The notes under the pieces are model-generated. The model was not told where the DNA came from. It saw only the letters and a program-made list of their open reading frames with translations, and made no database searches. DNA of 64,000 nt, taken from the NCBI RefSeq assembly GCF_009914755.1, contig NC_060933.1; one strand, 5' to 3'. Source of the DNA: the human T2T-CHM13v2.0 reference genome, Homo sapiens. The translations under genes were made by a program, and so were the position numbers. Below are positions 43,401 to 56,425 of the stretch, in pieces. The first letter of the stretch is position 1; each line of letters opens with the position of its first letter.

Positions 43401-46400
43401 TCCATTCCATTCCATTGAAATCGAGTTGATTCCATTCCATTCCATTCCATTCCATTCCATTCCATTCTATTCGTGTTAATTCCATTCCATTCCATTCCAT
43501 TCCATTCCCTTCCATTCCATTCCATTCCATTCCATTCCATTCCATTCCATTCCATTCTATTAAGGTTAATTCCATTCCATTCCATTCCGTTACATTCCAT
43601 TCCATTCCATTCCACTCCATTCCATGCCATTCCACTCGGGTTTATTCCATTCCTTTCCATTCCATTCGGGTTGAGTCCATTCCATTCCATTCCATTCCAT
43701 TCCATTCCATGCCATTGCACTCGGGTTGATTCCATTCCTTTCCATTCCATTCGAATTGAACCCATTCCATTCCCTTCCATTCCATTCCATTCCATTCCAT
43801 TCCATTGCTCACGGGTTCATTCCATTCCATTCCATTCCATTCCATTCCATTCCATTTCGTTCCATTCCATTCTACTCCGTACCATTCCATTCCATTCCAT
43901 TCCCTTCCATGCCATTTCACTCAGGTTTATTCCATTCCTTTCCATTCCATTCGGGTTGAATCCATTCCATTCCATTCCATTCCATTCCATTGCGCTCGGG
44001 TTGATTCCATTCCATTCTATGCCATTCCATTTCATTCCGTTCCATTCCATTCCATTCCTTTCCATTCCTTTCCTTTCAATTCCATTCCATTACATTCGGA
44101 TTGATTCTTTTTAATTCCCTTACACTCCATTACATTCCATTCCATTCGGGTACTTTCCATTCCATTCCATTCCATTCCACTGCATTCTATTGCACTCGGG
44201 TTGATTGATTCCATTAGATTGCATTCCATTCCATTCCATTCCCCTGCACTCGGGTTGATCCCATTCCATTGCATTCCATTCCATTCCTTTCCATTCCATT
44301 CCGTTCCATTCCATTCCATTCCATTCTGTTCAGGTTAATTCCATTCCATTCCATTCCATTCCATTCCATTCCATCCCATTGCAATCTAGTTGATTCCATT
44401 GCATTCCATTCCATTCCATTCCATTCCATTGCATTCCATTCCATTCCATTCCCCTGCACTCAGATTGATTCCATTCCATCCCATTCCATTCCATTACGTT
44501 CCATTACATTCCATTCCATTCTATTCGCGTTAATTCCATTCCATTCCATTCCATTACATTCCTTTGCAATCGAGTTGATTCCATTCCATTCCGTTCCATT
44601 CCGTTCCATTCCATTCCATTTCGTTCCATTCCATTCTATTCTGTACCATTCCATTCCATTCCATTCCATTCCATGCCATTCCACTCGGGTTGATTCCATT
44701 GCTTTCCATTCCATTTGGGTTGAATCCAATCCATTCCATTCCATTCCATTCCATTCCATTCCATTCCATTCCATTGCACTAGGTTTGATTCCATTCCACT
44801 GCATTCCATTCCATTCCTTTCCGTTCCATTCCATTCCATTACATTCGGATTGATTGTATTCAATTCCCTTACACTCCATTACATTCCATTCCATTCGGGT
44901 TGTTTCCATTGCATTCCATTCCGTGTGCAATGGCATGGAATGGAATGGAATGGAATGGAATGGAATGGAAAGGAATGGAATGAAATGGAATGGAAGGGAA
45001 TGGATTGAAATGGAATGGAATGGAATGGAATCAACCCGAGTGCAATGTAATGGAACTGAATGGAATGGAATGGAATGCAATGGAATGAATTCAACACGAA
45101 TGGAATGGAAAGGAATGGAATAAACCCGAGTGGAATGGCATGGAATGGAGTGGAATGGAATGGAATGGAATACTACGGAAGAGAATGGAATGGAACGAAA
45201 TGGAATGGAATGGAATGGAATGGAATGGAATGGAATGGAATGAACACGTGAGCAATTGAACGGAATCGAATGGAATAGAATGGAATGGAATGGATTCAAC
45301 TCGAATGGAATGGAAAGGAATGGAATCAACCCGAGTGGAATGGCATGGAAAGGAATGGAATGGAATGGAACGGAATGGAATGGAATCAACTCGATTGCAA
45401 AGGAATGTAATGGAATGGAATGGAACGGAATTAACGCAAATAGAATGGAATGGAAAGGAATGGAACGGAATGGAATGTAAAGGAATGGAATGGAATCAAT
45501 CTGAGTGCAGGGGAATGCAATGGAATGGAATGCAATGGAATGGAATGGAATGGAATGCAATGGAATCACCTCGATTGCAATGGGATGGAATGGAATGGAA
45601 TGGAATGGAAGGGAATGGAATGGAATGGAATTAACCTGAACAGAATGGAATGGAATGGAATGGAATGGAATGGAATGGAATGCAATGGAATGGAATCAAT
45701 CAACCCGAGTGCAATAGAATGCAGTGGAATGGAATGGAATGGAATGGAATGGAATGGAATGGAATGGAATGAAATGGAATGGCAGGGAATGGAATGGAAT
45801 CAACCCGAGTGCAAAGGAATGGAATGGAATGGAATGGAATGGAATGGAATGGAATGGATTCAACCCGAATGGAATGGAAAGGAATGGAATAAACCTGAGT
45901 GGAATCGCATGGAATGGAATGGAATGGAATGGAATGGAATGGTACGGAATAGAATGGAATGGAAAGAAATGGAATGGAATGGAATGGAATGGAATGGAAT
46001 CAACCTGAGTGCAATGGAATGGAGTGGAATGGAATGTAATGGAATGGAAACAACCCGAATGGAATGGAATGTAATGGAGTGTAAGGGAATTGAATACAAT
46101 CAATCCGAATGTAATGGCATGGAATGGAACGGAATGGAATGGAATGGAATGCAGTGGAATGGAATCAAACCTAGTGCAATGGAATGGAATGGAATGGAAT
46201 GGAATGAAATGGAATGGAATGGAATGGAATGGAATGGAATGGATTGGATTCAACCCAAATGGAATGGAAAGCAATGGAATCAACCCGAGTGGAATGGCAT
46301 GGAATGGAATGGAATGGAATGGAATGGAATGGAATGGTACAGAATAGAATGGAATGGAATGAAATGGAATGGAATGGAATGGAATGGAACGGAATGGAAT

Positions 46401-48836
46401 GGAATCAACTCGATTGCAATGGAATGTAATGGAATGGAATGGAATGGAATTAACGCGAATAGAATGGAATGGAATGTAATGGAACGGAATGGAATGGAAT
46501 GGGATGGAATGGAATCAATCAGTGCAGGGGAATGGAATGGAATGGAATGCAATGGAATGGAATGGAATGGAATGGAATGCAATGGAATCAACTAGATTGC
46601 AATGGGATGGAATGGAATGGAATGGAATGGAAGGGAATGGAATGGAATGGAATTAACCTGAACAGAATGGAATGGAATGGAATGGAACGGAATGGAAGGG
46701 AATGGAATGGAATGGAATTAAGCTGAAGAGAATGGAATGGAATGGAATGGAACGGAATGGAATGGAATGGAATGGAATGGAATGCAATGGAATGGGATCA
46801 ACCCGAGTGCAGGGGAATGGAATGGAATGGAATACAATGGAAGGGAATCAATCAACCCGAGTGCAATAGAATGCAGTGGAATGGAATGGAATGGAACGGA
46901 ACGTACCCGAATGGAAAGGAATGTAATGGAGTGTAAGGGAATTAAAAAGAATCAATCCGAATGTAATGGAATGGAAGGGAACGGAATGGAATGGAATGGA
47001 ATGGAATGGAATGGAATGAAATGGAATGGCATGGAATGGAATGGAATCAACCTGAGTTCAATGGAATGGAATGGAATGGAATGGAATGGAATGGATTCAA
47101 CCCGAATGGAATGGAAAGGAATGGAATAAACCCGAGTGAAATGGCATGGAAGGGAATGGAATGGAATGGAATGGTAAGGAATAGAATGGAATGGAACGAA
47201 ATGGAATGGAATGGAATGGAATCGAATGTAATGGAATGAACCCGTGTGCAATGGAATGGAATGGAATGGAATGGAATGGAATGGGTTCAACTAGAATGGA
47301 ATGGAAAGGAATGGAATCAACCCGAGTGGAATGGCATGGAATGGAATGGAAAGGAATGGAATGGAATGGAATGGAATGGAATGAATTCAACCCGAATGGA
47401 ATGGAAAGGAATGGAATAAACCCGAGTGGAATGGCATGGAATGGATTGGAATGGAATGGAATGGAATACTACGGAAGAGAACGGAATGGAACGAAATGGA
47501 ATGGAATGGAATGGAATGGAATGGAATGAACACGTGAGCAATGGAATGGAATCGAATGGAATGGAATGGAATGGAATGGATTCAACTCGAATGGAATGGA
47601 AAGGAATGGAATCAACCCGAGTGGAATGGCATGGAATGGAATGGAATGGAATGGAATGGAACGGAATGGAATGGAATCAACTCGATTGCAAAGGAATGTA
47701 ATGGAATGGAATGGAACGGAATTAACGCAAATAGAATGGAATGGAAGGGAATGGAACGGAATGGAATGGAAAGGAATGGAATGGAATCAATCTGAGTGCA
47801 GGGGAATGGAATGGAATGGAATGCAATGGAATGGAATGGAATGGAATGCAATGGAATCACCTCGATTGCAATGGGATGGAATGGAATGGAATGGAATGGA
47901 ATGGAATGGAATGGAATGAACCCGTGTGCAATGGAATGGAATCGAATGGAATGGAATGGAATGCAAAGGATACAACTCGAATGGAATTGAAAGGAATGAA
48001 ATCAACCCGAGTGGAATGGCATGGACTGGAATGGAATGGAATGGCATGGAATGGAATGGAATTGAATGGTACGGAATAGAATCGAATGGAACGAAATGGA
48101 ATGGCATGGAATGGAATGGAATGGAATGGAAACAACCCGAGTGCATGGTAATGGAATGGAATGGAAGGAAATGGAATGGAATCATCCGGAATGGAATGGA
48201 ATGGAATGGAATGGAATGGAATGGAATGGAATGGAATCAACTCGATTGCAATGGAATGGAATGGAATGGAATGGAATGGAATGGAATTAACCCGGATAGA
48301 ATCGAATGGAATGGAATGGAATGGAATGGAATGGAATGGAATGGAAGGGAATGGAATGTAATGGAATGGAATGGAATTAACCCGAATAGAATGGAATGGA
48401 ACGGAAAGGAAGGGAATGGAATGGAATGTAATCAACTCCAGTGCAGGGGAATACAATGGAATGGAATGAAATGGAATGGAGTCATACGGAATGGAAGGGA
48501 ATGGAATGGAATCAACCAGAGTGCAATGGAATGGAGTGGAATGGAATGGAATAGAATGGAAACAACACGAATGGAATAGAATGTAATGGAGTGTAAGGGA
48601 ATTGCATATAATCAATCCGAATGTAATGGAATGGAACGGAAAGGAATGGAATGGAATGGAATGGAATGGAATGGAATGGAATGGAATGAAATGGAATGGC
48701 ATGGAATGGAATGGAATCAACCCGAGTTCAATGGAATTGAATGGAATGGAATGGAATGGAATGGAATGGAATCAACTAGATTGCAATGGAATGGAATGGA
48801 ATGGGATGGAATGGAATGGAATGGAATGGAATGGAA
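40491..48836. repeat. HSat3 sequence domain B, irregular zone spanning the inversion
   Basis: Enriched in CCATGCCATTCCACTCGGGTTTATTCC, TGCACACGGGTTCA, CACTCAGG, CTAGGTTTG and GATTGATTGTATTC. The same motifs occur in reverse complement to the right of 44922. More heterogeneous than the HOR beyond 48.8 kb. Confidence 0.7.
44906..44933. other. Intra-array inversion breakpoint (strand switch)
   Basis: ...tgtttccattgcattccattCC|gtgtgcaatggcatggaatgg... The CC at 44921-44922 fits both the left ATTCC and the truncated right motif (gaac)CCGTGTGCAATGG. No foreign insertion is present. Confidence 0.95.
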
Positions 48837-51561
48837 TCAACCCGAGTGTAGGGGAATGGAGTGGAATGGAAGGCAATGGAATGGAATCATCCGGAATTGA
48901 ATGGAATGGAATGGAATGGAATGGAATCAACTCGATTGAAATGGAATGGAATGGAATGGAGTGGATGGGAATGGAATGGAATGTAATGAACCCGAGTGCA
49001 GGGGAATGGAATGGAATGGAATGCAATGGAATGGAGTCATCCTGAATGGAACGGAATGGAATGGAATGGAATCAACCCGTGTGCAATATAATGGAATCGA
49101 AAGGAATGGAATGGAATGGAATGGATTCAACCCAAATGGAATGAAAAGGAATGGAATAAACCCGAGTGGAATGGCATGGAATGGAGTGGAATGGAATGGA
49201 ATGGAATGGTACAGAATAGAATGGAATGGAACGAAATGGAATGGAATGGAATGGAATGGAATGGAATGGAATGGAACGGAATGCAATGGAATGGAATGGA
49301 ATGGAATGGAATGGAATGAACCCGTGTGCAATGGAATGGAATGGAATGGAATGGGTTCAACACTAATGGAATGCAAAGGAATGGAATCAACACGAGTGGA
49401 ATGGCATGGAATGGAATGGAATGGAATGGAATGGAATGGAATGGAATGGAATGGAATGGAATGAAATGGAATGGAATGGAATGGAATCAACCTGAGTGCA
49501 GTGTAATGGAATCGAATGGAATGGAATGGAATGGAATGGATTCAACACGAATGGAATGGAAAGGAATGGAATAAACCCGCGTGGAATGGCATGGAATGGA
49601 GTGGAATGGAATGGAATGGAATGGAATGGAATCAACCCGAGTGCAATGTAATGGAATCGAATGGAATGGAATGGAATGGAATGGATTCAACCCGAATGGA
49701 ATGGAAAGGAATGGACTAAACCCGAGTGGAATGGCATGGAGTGGAGTGGAATGGAATGGAATGGAATGGAATGGAATGGTACGGAATAGAATGGAATGGA
49801 AAGACATGGAATGGAATGGAATGGAATGGAATGGAATGGAATGGAATGGAATGAACCCGTGTGCAATGGAATGGAATCGAATGGAATGGAATGGATTGGA
49901 ATGGATTCAACTCGAATGGAATGGAAAGGAATGGAATCAACCCGAGTGGAATGGCATGGAATGGAATGGAATGGAATGGAATGGAAAGGAATGGAATGGA
50001 ATGGTACGGAATAGAATGGAAAGGAACGAAATGGAATGGAATGAAATGGAATGGAATGGAATGGAATGGAATGGAATGGAATGGAATGGAATGGAATCAA
50101 CCCGAGTGCAGGGGAATGGAATGGAATTGAAGGCAATGGAATGGAATCATCCGGAATTGAATGGAATGGAATGGAATCAACTCGATTGCAATGGAATGGA
50201 ATGGAATGGAATGGAATGGAATGGAATGGAATGGAATGGAATGGAATTAACCCGAATAGAATGGAATGGAATGGAATGGAAGTAAATGGAATGGAAGGTA
50301 ATGAACCCGAGTGCAGGGGAATGGAATGGAATGGAATGCAATGGAATGGAGTCATCCGGAATGGAACGGAAAGGAATGGAATGGAACCAACCCGTGTGCA
50401 ATGGAATTGAAAGGAATGGAATGGAATGGAATGGAATGGAATGGAATGGATTCAACCCGAATGGAATGGAAAGGAAGGGAATCAACCCAAGTGGAATGGC
50501 ATGGAATGGAATGGATAGGAATGGAATGGAATGGAATGGTACCGAATGGGATAGAATGGAATGGTACCGAATAGAATGGAATGGAACGAAATGGAATGGA
50601 ATGGAATGGAATGGAATGGAATGGAATGAACCCGTGTGCAATGGATTGGAATGGAATGGAATGGAATGGAATGGAATGGAATGGGTTCGACTCGAATGGA
50701 ACGGAATGGAATGAAATCAAACCGAGTGGAATGGCATGGAATGGAATGGAATGGAATGGAATGGAATGGAATGGAATGGAAACAACACGAGTGCAATGTA
50801 ATGGAATCGAATGGAATGGAATGCAATGGATTCAACCCGAATGGAATGGAAACGAATGGAATAAAACCGAGTGGAATGGCATGGAATGGAGTCTAATGGA
50901 ATGGAATGGAATCGAATGGTATGGAATAGAATGGAATGGAACGAAATGGAATGGAATGGAATGGAATGAAATGAACCCGTGTGCAATGGAATGGAATGGA
51001 ATGGAATGGAATGGAATGGATTCAACTCGAATGGAATGGAAAGGAATGGAATCAACCCGAGTGGAATGGCATGGAATGGAATGGAATGGAATGGAATGGA
51101 ATGGAAAGGAATGGAATAGAATGAAATGGAATGGAATGGAATGGAATGGAAACAACACGAGTGCAATGTAATGGAATCGAGTGGAATGGAATTGAATGGA
51201 TAGGAATGGATTCAATCCGAATGGAATGGAAAGGAATGGAATAAACCCGAGAGGAATAGCATGGAATGGAGTGGAATGGAATGGAATGGAATGGAATGGT
51301 ATGGAATAGAATGGAATGGAACTAAATGGAATGGAATGGAATGGAATGGAATAGAATGAACCCGTGTGCAATGGAATGGAATGGAATGGAATGGAATGGA
51401 ATGGAATGGATTCAACTCGAATGGAATGGAAAGGAATGGAATCAACCCGAGTGGAATAGCATGGATTGGAATGGAAAGGAATGGAATGGAATGGTACGGA
51501 ATAGAGTGGAATGGAACGAAATGGAATGGAATGGAATGGAATGGAATGGAATGGAATGGAA
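48837..51561 (-). repeat. Higher-order repeat copy 1 (short 2725 bp variant)
   Basis: Unit start TCAACCCGAGTGTAGGGGAATGGAGTGG at 48837 and 51562. Marker CTAAACCCGAG at 49716 and 52441. Confidence 0.88.
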
Positions 51562-54500
51562 TCAACCCGAGTGTAGGGGAATGGAGTGGAATGGAAGGCA
51601 ATGGAATGGAATCATCCGGAATTGAATGGAATGGAATGGAATGGAATGGAATCAACTCGATTGAAATGGAATGGAATGGAATGGAGTGGATGGGAATGGA
51701 ATGGAATGTAATGAACCCGAGTGCAGGGGAATGGAATGGAATGGAATGCAATGGAATGGAGTCATCCTGAATGGAACGGAATGGAATGGAATGGAATCAA
51801 CCCGTGTGCAATATAATGGAATCGAAAGGAATGGAATGGAATGGAATGGATTCAACCCAAATGGAATGAAAAGGAATGGAATAAACCCGAGTGGAATGGC
51901 ATGGAATGGAGTGGAATGGAATGGAATGGAATGGTACAGAATAGAATGGAATGGAACGAAATGGAATGGAATGGAATGGAATGGAATGGAATGGAATGGA
52001 ATGGAATGCAATGGAATGGAATGGAATGGAATGGAATGGAATGAACCCGTGTGCAATGGAATGGAATGGAATGGAATGGGTTCAACACTAATGGAATGCA
52101 AAGGAATGGAATCAACACGAGTGGAATGGCATGGAATGGAATGGAATGGAATGGAATGGAATGGAATGGAATGGAATGGAATGGAATGAAATGGAATGGA
52201 ATGGAATGGAATCAACCTGAGTGCAGTGTAATGGAATCGAATGGAATGGAATGGAATGGAATGGATTCAACACGAATGGAATGGAAAGGAATGGAATAAA
52301 CCCGCGTGGAATGGCATGGAATGGAGTGGAATGGAATGGAATGGAATGGAATGGAATCAACCCGAGTGCAATGTAATGGAATCGAATGGAATGGAATGGA
52401 ATGGAATGGATTCAACCCGAATGGAATGGAAAGGAATGGACTAAACCCGAGTGGAATGGCATGGAGTGGAGTGGAATGGAATGGAATGGAATGGAATGGA
52501 ATGGTACGGAATAGAATGGAATGGAACGACATGGAATGGAATGGAATGGAATGGAATGGAATGGAATGGAATGGAATGAACCCGTGTGCAATGGAATGGA
52601 ATCGAATGGAATGGAATGGATTGGAATGGATTCAACTCGAATGGAATGGAAAGGAATGGAATCAACCCGAGTGGAATGGCATGGAATGGAATGGAATGGA
52701 ATGGAATGGAAAGGAATGGAATGGAATGGTACGGAATAGAATGGAAAGGAACGAAATGGAATGGAATGAAATGGAATGGAATGGAATGGAATGGAATGGA
52801 ATGGAATGGAATCAACCCGAGTGCAGGGGAATGGAATGGAATTGAAGGCAATGGAATGGAATCATCCGGAATTGAATGGAATGGAATGGAATCAACTCGA
52901 TTGCAATGGAATGGAATGGAATGGAATGGAATGGAATGGAATGGAATGGAATGGAATGGAATGGAATTAACCCGAATAGAATGGAATGGAATGGAATGGA
53001 AGTAAATGGAATGGAAGGTAATGAACCCGAGTGCAGGGGAATGGAATGGAATGGAATGCAATGGAATGGAGTCATCCGGAATGGAACGGAAAGGAATGGA
53101 ATGGAACCAACCCGTGTGCAATGGAATTGAAAGGAATGGAATGGAATGGAATGGAATGGAATGGAATGGATTCAACCCGAATGGAATGGAAAGGAAGGGA
53201 ATCAACCCAAGTGGAATGGCATGGAATGGAATGGATAGGAATGGAATGGAATGGAATGGTACCGAATGGGATAGAATGGAATGGTACCGAATAGAATGGA
53301 ATGGAACGAAATGGAATGGAATGGAATGGAATGGAATGGAATGAACCCGTGTGCAATGGATTGGAATGGAATGGAATGGAATGGAATGGAATGGAATGGG
53401 TTCGACTCGAATGGAACGGAATGGAATGAAATCAAACCGAGTGGAATGGCATGGAATGGAATGGAATGGAATGGAATGGAATGGAATGGAATGGAATGGA
53501 AACAACACGAGTGCAATGTAATGGAATCGAATGGAATGGAATGCAATGGATTCAACCCGAATGGAATGGAAACGAATGGAATAAAACCGAGTGGAATGGC
53601 ATGGAATGGAGTCTAATGGAATGGAATGGAATCGAATGGTATGGAATAGAATGGAATGGAACGAAATGGAATGGAATGGAATGGAATGAAATGAACCCGT
53701 GTGCAATGGAATGGAATGGAATGGAATGGAATGGAATGGATTCAACTCGAATGGAATGGAAAGGAATGGAATGAACCCGAGTGGAATGGCATGGAATGGA
53801 ATGGAATGGAATGGAATTAACCCTAATAGAATGGAATGGAATGGAATGGAATTGAATGGAATGGAATGGAATGGAAGGAAATGGAATGGAATGGAATGGA
53901 ATGGAATGGAATGGAATGGTACGGAATAGAATGGAATGGAACGAAATGGAATGGAATGGAATGGAATGGAATGGAATGGAATGGAATGGAATGGAATGGA
54001 ATCAACCCGAGTGCAGGGGAATGGAATGGAATGGAAGGCAATGGAATGACATCATTCGGAATTGAATGGAATGGAATGGAATGGAATGGAATCAACTCGA
54101 TTGAAATGGAATGGAATGGAATGGAATGGAATGGAATGGAATGGAATGGAAGTGAATGGAATGGAATGTAATGAAACCGAGTGCAGGGGAATGGAATGGA
54201 ATGGAATGCAATGGAATGGAGTCATCCGGAATGGAACGGAATGGAATGGAATGGAATCAACCCGAGTGCAATGGAATGGAATGGAATGGAAAGGAATGGA
54301 ATGGAATGGACTCAACCCGAATGGAATGGAAAGGAATGGAATCAACCCGAGAGGAATGGCATGGAATGGAATGGAATGGAATGGAGTGGAATGGTACAGA
54401 ATAGAATGTAATGGAACGAAATGGAATGGAATGGAATGGAATGGAATGGAATCATTCCGAGTGGAATAGAAGGGAATGTTTTCGAGTGGAATGAAAAGGA

Positions 54501-56425
54501 ATGGAATCAACCAGAGTGGAATGGAATGGAATCGAGTGGAATGGAATGCAATCGAATGGAATGGAAAGGAATAGAATGGAATCAACCCGAGTGGAATGGA
54601 ATGGAAAGGACTGGAATGGAATGGAATGGAATGCAATGGAATCAACTCGATTGCAATGAAATGGAATGGAATGGAATGGAATGGAATGGAATGGAATGGA
54701 ATTAACCGGAATAGAATGGAATTGAATGGAATGGAAAGGAATGGAATGGAATAGAATGGAATGGAATGGATTCAACTCGAATGGAATGGAAAGGAATGGA
54801 ATCAACCCGAGTGGAATGGCATGGAACGGAATGGAATGGAATGGAATGGAATGGAATTAACCCTAATAGAATGGAATGGAACGAAATGGAATGGAATGGA
54901 ATGGAATGGAATGGAACGGAAAGGAATGGAATGGATTCAACTCGAATGGAATGGAAAGGAATGAAATCAACCCGAGTGGAATAGCATGGATTGGAATGGA
55001 AAGGAATGGAATGGAATGGTACGGAATAGAGTGGAATGGAACGAAATGGAATGGAATGGAATGGAATGGAATGGAATGGAATGGAATCAACCCGAGTGCA
55101 GGGGAATGGAGTGGAATGGAAGGCAATGGGATGGAATCATCCGGAATGGAATGGAATGGAATGGAATGGAATGGAATGGAATGGAATCAACCTGAGTGCA
55201 GGGGAATGGAATGCAATGGAATGCAATGGAATGGAATGCAATGGAAACAACTCGATTGCAATGGAATGGAATGGAATGGAATGGAATGGAATGGAATGGA
55301 ATGGAATGGAATTAACCTGAACAGAATGGAATGGAATGGAATGGAATGGAACGGAATGGAATGGAATGGAATGGAATGGAATCAACCCGAGTGCAGGGGA
55401 ATGGAATGGAAGGAAATGCAATGGAATGGATTCATCCGGAATGGAATGGAATGGAATGGAATGCAATGGAATGGAATCAATCAACCCGAGTGCAATGCAA
55501 TGGAGTGGAATGGAATGGAATGGAACGGAAACTACCCGAATGGAATGGAATCTAATGGAGTGTAAGGGAATTGAAAAGAATCAATCCGAATGTAATGGAA
55601 TGGAATGGAACGGAATGAAATGGAATGGCATGGAATGGAATGGAATTAACCCGAGTTCAATGGAATGGAATTGAACGGAATGGAATGGAAAGGAATGGAT
55701 TCAACCCGAATGGAATGGAAAGGAATGGAATGGAATGGAATGGAATGGTACGGAATAGAATGGAATGGAACGAAATGGAATGGAATGGAATGGAATGGAA
55801 TGGAATGGAATGGAATGAACCCGTGTGCAATGGATTGGAATGGAATGGAATGGAATGGAATGGAATGGAATGGAATGGAATGGTTTCAACTCGAATGGAA
55901 TGGAAAGGAGTGGAATCAACCCGAGTGGAATGGCATGGAACGGAATGGAATGGAATGGAATGGAATGGAAAGGAATGGAATAGAATGAAATGGAATGGAA
56001 TGGAATGGAATGGAAACAACACGAGTGCAATGTAATGGAATCGAGTGGAATGGAATTGAATGGATAGGAATGGATTCAATCCGAATGGAATGGAAAGGAA
56101 TGGAATAAACCCGAGAGGAATAGCATGGAATGGAGTGGAATGGAATGGAATGGAAAGGAATGGTATGGAATAGAATGGAATGGAACTAAATGGAATGGAA
56201 TGGAATGGAATGGAATGGAATAGAATGAACCCGTGTGCAATGGAATGGAATGGAATGGAATGGAATGGAATGGAATGGAATGGATTCAACTCGAATGGAA
56301 TGGAAAGGAATGGAATCAACCCGAGTGGAATAGCATGGATTGGAATGGAAAGGAATGGAATGGAATGGTACGGAATAGAGTGGAATGGAACGAAATGGAA
56401 TGGAATGGAATGGAATGGAATGGAA
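51562..56425 (-). repeat. Higher-order repeat copy 2 (4864 bp)
   Basis: Next unit start at 56426. The markers GTGGATGGG, GCAATATAA, CAACACTAA, GGTACCGAATGGGATAG, AAACGAATGGAATAAAACC and GTTTTCGAG occur in conserved order. Confidence 0.9.

Larger units (their letters stand above)
1..44922 (+). repeat. Satellite III (HSat3) array, C-rich (CATTC)n strand on +
   Basis: Continuous ATTCC pentamers with recurring ACTCGGGTTGATTCC, ATTCGGGTTAATTCC, GCAATCGAGTTGA and CGGATGATTCC interruptions. Pentamer plus A(C/T)TCGGGTTG decamer is the classical definition of human Satellite III. The CATTCGATTC-rich pattern of HSat2 is not dominant. Confidence 0.97.

Noticed and set aside
44460-45569. Chimeric ORFs crossing the junction (IPFHS-type joined to MEWNG-type)
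   Set aside because: They follow directly from the inversion. They help locate the breakpoint but are not evidence of a gene.
50538-50570. Paired KpnI sites (GGTACCGAAT twice, 25 bp apart) once per HOR
   Set aside because: This is a simple in-register micro-duplication within the HOR. It is a useful marker with no sign of function.
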